DNA from: Candidatus Bathyarchaeia archaeon | Lineage (GTDB): Archaea > Thermoproteota > Bathyarchaeia > 40CM-2-53-6 | Direction of reading: 5' to 3' | NCBI GenBank assembly: GCA_049517415.1 | Contig: JBEKSC010000006.1 | Location: forward strand, 33,018 to 97,017 | Length of the DNA: 64,000 nucleotides | Shown here: positions 10,432 through 18,303 of the stretch, one piece after another | Layout: the number at the start of each line of letters is the position of its first letter | Numbering within the stretch: the stretch's first letter is position 1 | Notes under the pieces: generated by a model | Databases searched by the model: none | Told to the model about the DNA's origin: nothing | The model's input: only the letters and a program-made list of their open reading frames with translations | Made by a program: the position numbers and the translations under genes

Positions 10432-10956
10432 GTGGGAATATACGAATTTGAAGGGCGTATTCCAACAATAGCATCCAACGCGTACGTCGACGAAGACGCA
10501 AAAGTTCTAGGCGATGTTACAATAGGGCCGCAATGCTACATTGGTCCAGGCGCTAGAATCAGGGGAGATTACGGGACGATTACAATAGGTGAAAAAACGA
10601 GCATACAAGAAAACTGTGTCCTCCACGCAAGGATCAATGAAAAATGTGAAGTCGGCAACCACGTTCAAATCGGGCACGGGGCGCTTCTTCACAACTGCAC
10701 AATCAAGGACTATGCTGTGATTGGCGTTGGCGCAATCGTCAGCGATTACGGGACAGTTGGAGTCTGGAGCATCATAGGTGAGGGGGCAGTAGTGGCTAGC
10801 CATCAAACGATTCCTGACGGTAAAGTTGCCGTCGGGGTTCCCGCGAAAGTTATTCGAGACGTTGTAGACGCCGATAAACAACTTTGGACTAAGTACAAGG
10901 AAGCGTACGCTGACCTGGCATTGCGTTATCCTAAAGGCCTGAGGCGTATAAAGTAG
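10432..10956 (+). CDS. Gamma carbonic anhydrase family hexapeptide-repeat protein
   Basis: IRGD, IQENCVLH, IGHGALLHNC motifs. Confidence 0.9.
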   Translation: MGIYEFEGRIPTIASNAYVDEDAKVLGDVTIGPQCYIGPGARIRGDYGTITIGEKTSIQENCVLHARINEKCEVGNHVQIGHGALLHNCTIKDYAVIGVGAIVSDYGTVGVWSIIGEGAVVASHQTIPDGKVAVGVPAKVIRDVVDADKQLWTKYKEAYADLALRYPKGLRRIK

Positions 10957-11017
10957 AAACGAATCAGGTCTTCGGCAATCTTAATGTTTGAATTCCAGCA
11001 AGACATCCCGATGGGCG

Positions 11018-12556
11018 ATGCCCAAAGATCTAATAGCGGTTCTTGATTTCGGAGGCCAATATTCTCACCTCATCGCTCGCCGAGTAAGAGAATGTGAAGT
11101 CTATTCAGAACTACTGCCATACACAATGACATCGCAAGATATCCTGAAACTGAAAACGAATGGTATTATTCTCTCCGGCGGTCCAGCCAGCGTATACGAC
11201 GAGAATGCTCCCAAATGTGACCCCGAGATTTTTCGGTTAGGGATACCTGTACTGGGGATCTGCTACGGCCTGCAGGTCATGGTTCAAATGTTGGGCGGTC
11301 GCGTGAAGGCGACAGAGCGCCGAGAATATGGAAAAACACAGCTGAACATAATTGACCACTCGGATCTGTTCCAAGGAATCAACAGCCCCATCGCTTCATG
11401 GATGAGCCACGGGGATTATGCAGAAACTCTACCCGACGGCTTCGAGGTTATGGCCAGCTCAGAGAATTGCAAAACTGCCGCCATACGGAATCCCTCACGC
11501 CGATTATACGGGGTGCAGTTTCATCCGGAGGTCGCACACACAGAGAAGGGCTTGGAAATCATAAGGAATTTTGCGACGAAAATAAGCTCTTGTTCCCAGA
11601 GCTGGAATCCAAAGTCGATAATCGAAACCGCAGTCCAACAAATTCGCTCCGAAGTTGGCGATGCCGACGTCCTATCGGCTGTAAGCGGAGGAGTCGACTC
11701 AACAACTACCGCAGTTCTAGTACAGAGGGCCGTCGGCAAACGGCTAACGAGTATTTTCGTAAATCACGGCCTCTTGAGGAAAGATGAGGAGAAGGTAGTC
11801 CTAAGGGCTTTGCGGGACAGACTCAAACTCGATGTACGCTATGTGGACGCTTCTGAAAGATTTCTCAAACGCCTCCAAGGTGTGGCTGACCCTGAACAGA
11901 AGCGGAAGATTATTGGTGAAGAATTCATCAAAGTCTTCGACGAAGAGAGTTCGAAAATCGGGACCTTTCAGTGGCTAGTTCAAGGAACGCTCTACCCAGA
12001 TGTCATTGAAAGCGCGGGGACTGGTAGCATCGCGTCTCGGATCAAAACTCATCACAATGTTGGGGGGATTCCAGAGTGGTCGAGGTTTAGGATTCTTGAA
12101 CCGCTAAAGTTTCTGTACAAGGACGAAGTTCGCAAGATTGCACGAGAACTTGGTCTCCCTGAGGCGATTGTGAAAACACACCCATTCCCAGGTCCTGGTC
12201 TAGCGGTTCGGATTGTTGGAGATGTGACGGAGGAGAAGATTCGCATCTGTAGAAACGCTAGCGCAATAGTGGAGGAAGTCGTAGCCAGCCATGGCCTTTA
12301 CGACTCAGTCTGGCAAGCATTCGCTATCGTAGGCGATGATCTAGTAGTCGGAGTGCTTGGCGATCAACGCCAATTAGGGCATGTTGTAACTGTCCGTATC
12401 GTCGAATCATCGGACGGTATGACCGCAGACTGGGCTAGAATTTCGTCTGATGTCATGGAGGAGCTCAGCAGCCGAATTACGGGGGAAGTGCCTGGCGTAA
12501 CCTGGGTGACATACGCTATAACCTCGAAACCGCCCTCCACGATTGAGCCGGGGTAA
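11018..12556 (+). CDS. guaA: GMP synthase (glutamine-hydrolysing, fused GATase + synthase)
   Basis: LDFGGQY, GICYG, QFHPEV, SGGVDS, IKTHHN, KPPSTIE motifs. Confidence 0.96.
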   Translation: MPKDLIAVLDFGGQYSHLIARRVRECEVYSELLPYTMTSQDILKLKTNGIILSGGPASVYDENAPKCDPEIFRLGIPVLGICYGLQVMVQMLGGRVKATERREYGKTQLNIIDHSDLFQGINSPIASWMSHGDYAETLPDGFEVMASSENCKTAAIRNPSRRLYGVQFHPEVAHTEKGLEIIRNFATKISSCSQSWNPKSIIETAVQQIRSEVGDADVLSAVSGGVDSTTTAVLVQRAVGKRLTSIFVNHGLLRKDEEKVVLRALRDRLKLDVRYVDASERFLKRLQGVADPEQKRKIIGEEFIKVFDEESSKIGTFQWLVQGTLYPDVIESAGTGSIASRIKTHHNVGGIPEWSRFRILEPLKFLYKDEVRKIARELGLPEAIVKTHPFPGPGLAVRIVGDVTEEKIRICRNASAIVEEVVASHGLYDSVWQAFAIVGDDLVVGVLGDQRQLGHVVTVRIVESSDGMTADWARISSDVMEELSSRITGEVPGVTWVTYAITSKPPSTIEPG

Positions 12557-12643
12557 GGATTAGGAAATCTGGTGAATACACATAGGCCTCGCTCAGGTCT
12601 TGAGCGCAGAAAAAGAATCGGCGAAAAAGTTACGGTTTGTTGA

Positions 12644-12970
12644 TTACTTTGGTTTGAATGAGTGACCGCAACCACAGGTCTCGGTTGCATTCGGGTTGTT
12701 TACCCTGAAGCCCTCACCCATGACTGATTCAACATAGTCGACTTCAGATCCATCCACGTATTGCGCACTTTGTTCGTCAACTAGAAGTTTTACTCCGTGA
12801 GCTTCAATGACATTGTCGCCGTCGGTCTGGTTGTCGAAGGCCAAACCGTACTGGAAGCCGCTGCAGCCACCGCCCGAAACATAGAGGCGCAGCCCGACGT
12901 TCTCTTTGCCTTGCTTCTCCATCGCCGCTTTGACTTTCTCAGCAGCCTTCTCAGTCAACGTAATCTTCAT
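12644..12970 (-). CDS. HesB/IscA/ErpA Fe-S cluster A-type carrier
   Basis: GGGCSGFQY and CGCGHSF motifs. Confidence 0.93.
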   Translation of the reverse strand: MKITLTEKAAEKVKAAMEKQGKENVGLRLYVSGGGCSGFQYGLAFDNQTDGDNVIEAHGVKLLVDEQSAQYVDGSEVDYVESVMGEGFRVNNPNATETCGCGHSFKPK

Positions 12971-13120
12971 GGTGGTTGGGGAGTGTAGCATTCTAATGCA
13001 CTATATTGCGGATATTACGTATGGATTATTTAAGTTTAGGTCACTGAAAAACAACCCAAACGCATAACAAACGCCCCATATCCAAAGTGGATGTAGGCGC
13101 TTTTCTGGAGGTTTACCTTA

Positions 13121-14257
13121 TTGACGCAGAGCCTCGGCATGGTTTACAGCGACGCCTTCCAGCAGTACAATTTTGGGCCGACTCATCCATTGAAACCTAC
13201 TAGACTGAAGTTGACCTTCGAGCTGATGAGTTCAGTCAAGTTACTTGCTTCGCCAAACGTGGTGATTTGCGAACCACGTGAGGCGAGCTCTGATGAACTT
13301 ATGCTCTTCCATGATGAAGATTATGTCAACCTAATCCATGAAGTTAGCAAGACGGGCGAAGGCTTTCTCGATTTAGGGGACACTCCCGTCTTCAAAGGTT
13401 GCTATGAGGCGTCAGCACTCGCGGTCGGCGCGTCTCTGAAGGCGGTTGATATGGTAATGTCCGGTCAGGTAACTCATGCCATGAACATTTCTGGTGGGCT
13501 ACACCATGCTCATCCAAGCCACGCTTCAGGTTTCTGTATCTTTAACGACCCAGCTATCTCGATCGCCTACCTGAAGAAAAAATACTCCCTGCAGAAGATC
13601 CTCTACTTGGACGTGGATGCGCATCATGGAGATGGAGTAATGTATGGTTTCTATTCAGACGCTGGGGTCTTGGACATAGACTTCCACGAAGACGGCCACC
13701 ATCTTTTTCCTGGTACTGGCTTCACGGACGAAATAGGGGAAGGTAATGCCTCCGGACTTAAGATCAATATACCATTGTCCCCCTTAACGGGCGACGAGCC
13801 GTACATGGAGCTGTTCCGGGAGATCGTTCCCGCCGCAGTAAGGAAGTATAAGCCGAAAATCCTGCTACTCCAATGCGGAGCGGACGCGCACGCAAACGAC
13901 CTACTTGCTCACTTGCAGCTCACCACCAAGTCGTACGGAGAAGTCGGGAAGATCGTTCATGAATTAGCTCATGAGGTTGCTGGCGGCCGCCTCGTAGTTT
14001 TTGGCGGCGGCGGATACAATATAGCCAATGTTGCGAGAACGTGGACGGTTGTTGCTTCTGCTCTGATTGGGTACGCGCTCCCGAAAGAGGCCCCAACGGT
14101 CTGGCAGAAGATGTTTGAAGCTCTAGTCGGAGAAGAGGCTCCAGAATGTATCAGCAGTGAGGGGGAAGCGAAGCATGCACTTCCGTCCGACGTAATGCAG
14201 AATCAACAAGCCGAGATTCTAAAGGACCTGAAACGAAGAATATCCTATCTATCGTAG
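13121..14257 (+). CDS. AcuC/histone deacetylase family protein
   Basis: GGLHHA, GFCIFND, DAHHGDG and GGGGY motifs. Confidence 0.93.
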   Translation: MTQSLGMVYSDAFQQYNFGPTHPLKPTRLKLTFELMSSVKLLASPNVVICEPREASSDELMLFHDEDYVNLIHEVSKTGEGFLDLGDTPVFKGCYEASALAVGASLKAVDMVMSGQVTHAMNISGGLHHAHPSHASGFCIFNDPAISIAYLKKKYSLQKILYLDVDAHHGDGVMYGFYSDAGVLDIDFHEDGHHLFPGTGFTDEIGEGNASGLKINIPLSPLTGDEPYMELFREIVPAAVRKYKPKILLLQCGADAHANDLLAHLQLTTKSYGEVGKIVHELAHEVAGGRLVVFGGGGYNIANVARTWTVVASALIGYALPKEAPTVWQKMFEALVGEEAPECISSEGEAKHALPSDVMQNQQAEILKDLKRRISYLS

Positions 14258-14278
14258 CCTTTCAAAGCGAGAAGAGTT

Positions 14279-15157
14279 TCAGGCGTTCTCTGCTATTGAT
14301 TCCTGCGGCTTCAGGACTCCTGTGAGGAGGTCTTTTTGAACTCGCAGATAGTCCTCGGGTGTCCCAACGTCCGCCCAGTAGCCCTCATGCTTGTAACCGA
14401 AGATTGTGCCTTCCCGCGTGAGCTTAGGAAACACATCTAACTCGAGCGAGGTTCGCCTTCCCTTTGGAATCTTGGCGAAGACGGACGGGCGAATCACGTA
14501 GACGCCAGCATTTACCCAAACTTCACCAGTTGTTTGTTTCCGCGGTTTCTCAACGAAGCTTACAACTCTGTTATCGTTATCGAGTTCTACGGCGCCGAAC
14601 CTTGTCGGTGTCTTCGTCTTCGCTAAAACAACTGTGGCAAGCGAGTTAGATTTCTTGTGAGCGTATATTAATTTGTCAAGGTCGAGTCCTGAAAAAATCA
14701 CGTCGCCATTGAGGGCGAGGAAATCGGAGTTTATCAACTGCTCAGCATTCTTGATAGCGCCTCCTGTGTCCAGGGGTTCTTTCTCGAAGCTGAAACGCAA
14801 TCGTATCCCAAGCCGGTGCTCGTCCAAGTAGCGCACAATTTGTTCCTGAAGGTAGCCTACTGCCAGTACAATCCTATCAAATTCGTATCGTTTCAGGTAC
14901 TCAATTTGGTACTCAATCAATGCTTGGTATCCTATCGGCAGAAGAGCTTTGGGTGTCGAGAAGGAGGTTGGCCTGACTCGAGTTTCAAGCCCACCGCACA
15001 GGATTAATGCTGTCCTTTCCGGGCGAAATTGTTCCATTCCAAGTTTCAAAAGAAATTCTGCTGTCTGGGATCGGTTGGTAAAGCGTGCACCGTCCACAAG
15101 TAAGTCCACTTTATGCATGAGCAATGGGTCTATGGTCATACTGAAACGGCGTTTCAT
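14279..15157 (-). CDS. Ribbon-helix-helix domain fused to a sugar-phosphate nucleotidyltransferase domain
   Basis: N-terminus RFSMTIDPLLMHKVD..NRSQTAEFLL is CopG/NikR-like. It is followed by LCGGLETRVRP..PKALLP, NGD, FVEKP and YWADVGTP. Confidence 0.85.
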   Translation of the reverse strand: MKRRFSMTIDPLLMHKVDLLVDGARFTNRSQTAEFLLKLGMEQFRPERTALILCGGLETRVRPTSFSTPKALLPIGYQALIEYQIEYLKRYEFDRIVLAVGYLQEQIVRYLDEHRLGIRLRFSFEKEPLDTGGAIKNAEQLINSDFLALNGDVIFSGLDLDKLIYAHKKSNSLATVVLAKTKTPTRFGAVELDNDNRVVSFVEKPRKQTTGEVWVNAGVYVIRPSVFAKIPKGRRTSLELDVFPKLTREGTIFGYKHEGYWADVGTPEDYLRVQKDLLTGVLKPQESIAENA

Positions 15158-15166
15158 GGCTAACTA

Positions 15167-15196
15167 GTAATACACCATATCCTTTAACTGTATTAC
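15167..15196. promoter_or_regulatory. Divergent promoter with GTAATAC/GTATTAC inverted boxes flanking a TATA-like CTTTAA
   Basis: GTAATACaccatATCCTTTAActGTATTAC. Confidence 0.6.
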
Positions 15197-15223
15197 GGTC
15201 AATTCGTACTCGGTTTATGTTCA

Positions 15224-15337
15224 ATGGATACATGCCCGGCTTGCGGAAGCAGGGACTTGGAATTCGTAATGTCTCAGGAGCAAGCAGCTCAGATCAAATG
15301 CGCGAACTGCGTGAACATTTGGTGGGACCAAAGCTAG
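15224..15337 (+). CDS. CPxCG zinc-finger microprotein (37 aa)
   Basis: MDTCPACGSRDLEFVMSQEQAAQIKCANCVNIWWDQS; paralog at 15561. Confidence 0.75.
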   Translation: MDTCPACGSRDLEFVMSQEQAAQIKCANCVNIWWDQS

Positions 15338-15500
15338 TCCAGAGAACAAGTCGCAGCAAACTTAGCGCGCCCTATTGCCACAAAGAAGACTAGCCTACCT
15401 CTGCGTGTAATTACTCAAGCAGAGAGTAACTCGTTCACGAGTCCTGCGGATATGTGATGCGTAGAAGGTCATACTGCGACGACTATTATTGGGTAGAGAA

Positions 15501-15530
15501 GTATTACCAGAAATCCTTTAATTGTATTAC
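15501..15530 (+). promoter_or_regulatory. Second copy of the operator/TATA module
   Basis: GTATTACcagaaATCCTTTAAttGTATTAC, same 23-nt box spacing as 15167-15196. Confidence 0.6.
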
Positions 15531-15560
15531 ATTATTCTGTGAAGGCTAGCGGTCACCCAC

Positions 15561-15713
15561 ATGATGCGAGTTTGTCCGGCCTGCGGAAGTCGACGAATAC
15601 AATTGAAACAGAGAAACACCTCCGAAGTGCGGATTGAATATTTGCCTGCGTTTGAAGAGTTCACCCAAGTTGTATGCGCTAACTGCCACAACCTGTGGTG
15701 GGATCACAGCTAA
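15561..15713 (+). CDS. CPxCG zinc-finger microprotein (50 aa)
   Basis: MMRVCPACGSRRIQ...VVCANCHNLWWDHS; shares CPACGSR and CANCxNxWWDxS with 15224. Confidence 0.75.
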   Translation: MMRVCPACGSRRIQLKQRNTSEVRIEYLPAFEEFTQVVCANCHNLWWDHS

Positions 15714-15757
15714 TCAGGGAACACGTGAGAGCCCCATCGCTGTGGGGATATGAAGTC

Positions 15758-18118
15758 CTAACTCTTCTTCTCTGCGCATTGCTTTCTTGCAGCGTCTAGA
15801 ACGACTCTCTGTTCGACTTGGGCAACCATCCTTCGTGTGTGGACTATGACGTCTGGGTTCACGGAGATGCTATCTATACCTGATTCAACAAGAAACTTCG
15901 CGAATTCAGGATAGACGCTCGGCGCTTGGCCGCAGATGCTTACGGTCTTACCGTAGCTGTGAGCTGTGTCGATGAGTTCTTTGATTGCTCGTTTAACAGC
16001 GAGGTTTCTTTCGTCAAATAATGGCGCCAAGACTTCATTGTCCCTGTCGGCGCCGAGTATCAGCATTGTTAGGTCATTGCTGCCGATTGAGAAACCGTCC
16101 GCACCAGCCTTGCAGAACTCATCAGCCAATATTATGTTGCTGGGAATTTCTGCCATAATCCAGAGTTTGAAATCCTCTGACTGCACCAACCCTTCCTGTC
16201 GGAGGAGCTCACGGATTTTCACAAATTCGTTCACCGTGCGGTTGAAGGGGATCATGCACCAAAGGTTTGTCATACCCATCTCGTTTCTGACTTTCTTGAC
16301 CGCAGCAATCTCAAGCTTGAATGCTGGCTCGAACCTCGGGTCAGTGTACCGGCTCGCGCCTCTCCAACCGATCAGCGGGTTAGCTTCTTTGATGGCACCC
16401 TCATATTTTTCTCCGCCTTCGAGTGTTGCGTATTCGTTCGTTTTGAAGTCGCTGAAGCGCAAAACTACCGGTCTCGGGTAGAATGCCCTACAGATCGTTT
16501 CAAGTCCTGTTGACAACTTGTCAACGAATTCTTCAGGGTGCTTTTGTTCAATAAGCATCATAGGATGCTTCTTGACATGATCGCTTACGATGAATTCCAT
16601 CCGTAGTAGGCCCACGCCGTCGACTGGTAACTGTGCGATTCTGTTGGCTAACTCTGGTTCACCAAGGTTGACGAAGATCTTTGTTCCGGTAACAGTTGGG
16701 TCCTTGAAAGCCGCCAATCCATCTGCTGCCGGTTGAGGTTTCGTTTCGAGCTCCGGGCTTTCTAGCACTATTCCCTCGTACACGAGACCCATCTTTGCGT
16801 CAACTGTCACCTCTTCCCCGGTATGTATCGTGTGAGTTCCAATTTTGGTTCCCGTTATGCAGGGGATTCCTAATTCGCGGCTCACAATGGCGGCATGGCA
16901 TGTCATACCGCCGGCATCGGTGACGATTGCCTTTGACTTCTTCATTGTCGGCACCCAGTCGGGTGTGGTCATTTCTGTGACGAGGACTTCACCGTTCTGA
17001 AAGTCGCTTACGTGATCTACTGTTAGGATAACGTGTGCCTTACCCGCTCCGCGCCCAGGCGATGATGGAAGCCCCTTAAGGATAATTTTCTTCTCCGCCG
17101 CAACGAGAGGCGTGGGTTTCTTAATTGGGCTCTTCTTGAGGGACCAAACTGTTTCGGGTCTAGCTTGCAGTATTAGGAGTTTTCCGGTCTGTGAGTCAAG
17201 TCCCCATTCAATGTCCATTACATGGCCGTAGTGTTGTTCAATAGTCAACGCGTATTTGGCTAGTTCAATTACTTCTTCATCTGTGATTACTTGCCGATCC
17301 TTGAGATCGTCTGGAACCTTCTTCTCCTCTGTTCCCCCGATCTTATTTCTCACAAGCATGATAGTTTTCGTGGGTATTTCCTTTCGGATGATTTTCAAGC
17401 TCCCCTTATCTACGTAGTAGTCGTCAGGAGTGACAGTGCCCTTCACGACGTACTCTCCTAACCCATAGGATGCTTCAAGCAGGATCAGGGATTCATCGCC
17501 ATTGGTTGGATCCATGGTGAACATAACGCCGCTGGATTCGGAGTAACACATCATTTGCACTATTGCAGAAAGTGCGACGTCCGCGTGTTCGAAGCCTTTC
17601 TGAACTCTGTAGAAGATCGCGCGGTCTGTGAACAGACTCGCATAGCATTCCTTGACGCTCTTAATCACGTTGCCTACTCCAGTAACGTTAAGGTAGCTCT
17701 CCTGTTGACCTGCGAAGCTCGCGTCGGGCAGGTCTTCAGCAGTTGCAGAGCTTCTAATGGCGACGAACGGGTTCTTGACTTTCTCTCGTTCGGCGAGTTT
17801 CTCATAGCCGTCGACTATGACTTGTTCAAGTTCCTTCGGCATCGTTGCGGAACCAATCATCCCCCTAATTTCAGCACCAACCTTCTGAAGTGTGATCGTG
17901 TCGTTTGGGTCCTTCAAAACCTTCAGGGAAGTAGCGATCTTAGATTCCAGCCCATTCTTCGCTAGGAACAACCTGTACGCATCAGCAGTAAGGGCGAAGC
18001 CGTAAGGTATCGGAACCTTCGTCTTGGAAGTCATTTCGCCCAGGCTTGCAGATTTACCGCCTACGAGTGGAACATCTTGCTTACTGATTTGTTCGAACCA
18101 AAGTAGAAGGGGACCCAT
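15758..18118 (-). CDS. ppsA: Phosphoenolpyruvate synthase
   Basis: VGGKSASLGE, RSSATAEDLPDASFAGQQE, QARPETV, CHAAIVSRE and SIGSNDL motifs. Confidence 0.96.
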   Translation of the reverse strand: MGPLLLWFEQISKQDVPLVGGKSASLGEMTSKTKVPIPYGFALTADAYRLFLAKNGLESKIATSLKVLKDPNDTITLQKVGAEIRGMIGSATMPKELEQVIVDGYEKLAEREKVKNPFVAIRSSATAEDLPDASFAGQQESYLNVTGVGNVIKSVKECYASLFTDRAIFYRVQKGFEHADVALSAIVQMMCYSESSGVMFTMDPTNGDESLILLEASYGLGEYVVKGTVTPDDYYVDKGSLKIIRKEIPTKTIMLVRNKIGGTEEKKVPDDLKDRQVITDEEVIELAKYALTIEQHYGHVMDIEWGLDSQTGKLLILQARPETVWSLKKSPIKKPTPLVAAEKKIILKGLPSSPGRGAGKAHVILTVDHVSDFQNGEVLVTEMTTPDWVPTMKKSKAIVTDAGGMTCHAAIVSRELGIPCITGTKIGTHTIHTGEEVTVDAKMGLVYEGIVLESPELETKPQPAADGLAAFKDPTVTGTKIFVNLGEPELANRIAQLPVDGVGLLRMEFIVSDHVKKHPMMLIEQKHPEEFVDKLSTGLETICRAFYPRPVVLRFSDFKTNEYATLEGGEKYEGAIKEANPLIGWRGASRYTDPRFEPAFKLEIAAVKKVRNEMGMTNLWCMIPFNRTVNEFVKIRELLRQEGLVQSEDFKLWIMAEIPSNIILADEFCKAGADGFSIGSNDLTMLILGADRDNEVLAPLFDERNLAVKRAIKELIDTAHSYGKTVSICGQAPSVYPEFAKFLVESGIDSISVNPDVIVHTRRMVAQVEQRVVLDAARKQCAEKKS

Positions 18119-18303
18119 GTTTCAATTCCTCTCTCAGTTTCTTTGAAACGTAACACTTCTGGGCGGAAACCTTCAGAATAAGTAATATCTACGTAGGGTA
18201 ATTACGAGAATTTAGATTGATAGGCGGCCTTTAAATCGAACACGATTACCAAAGCCTATCGCCACTTCTGCGAGATGCGCACTAGAGCTCAGTATAGCAG
18301 TTC

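Noticed and set aside
18185..18196. ATATCTACGTAG matching the transposon operator in the ppsA/ppdK spacer
   Set aside because: A single incomplete palindrome noticed post hoc; not enough to claim cross-regulation.
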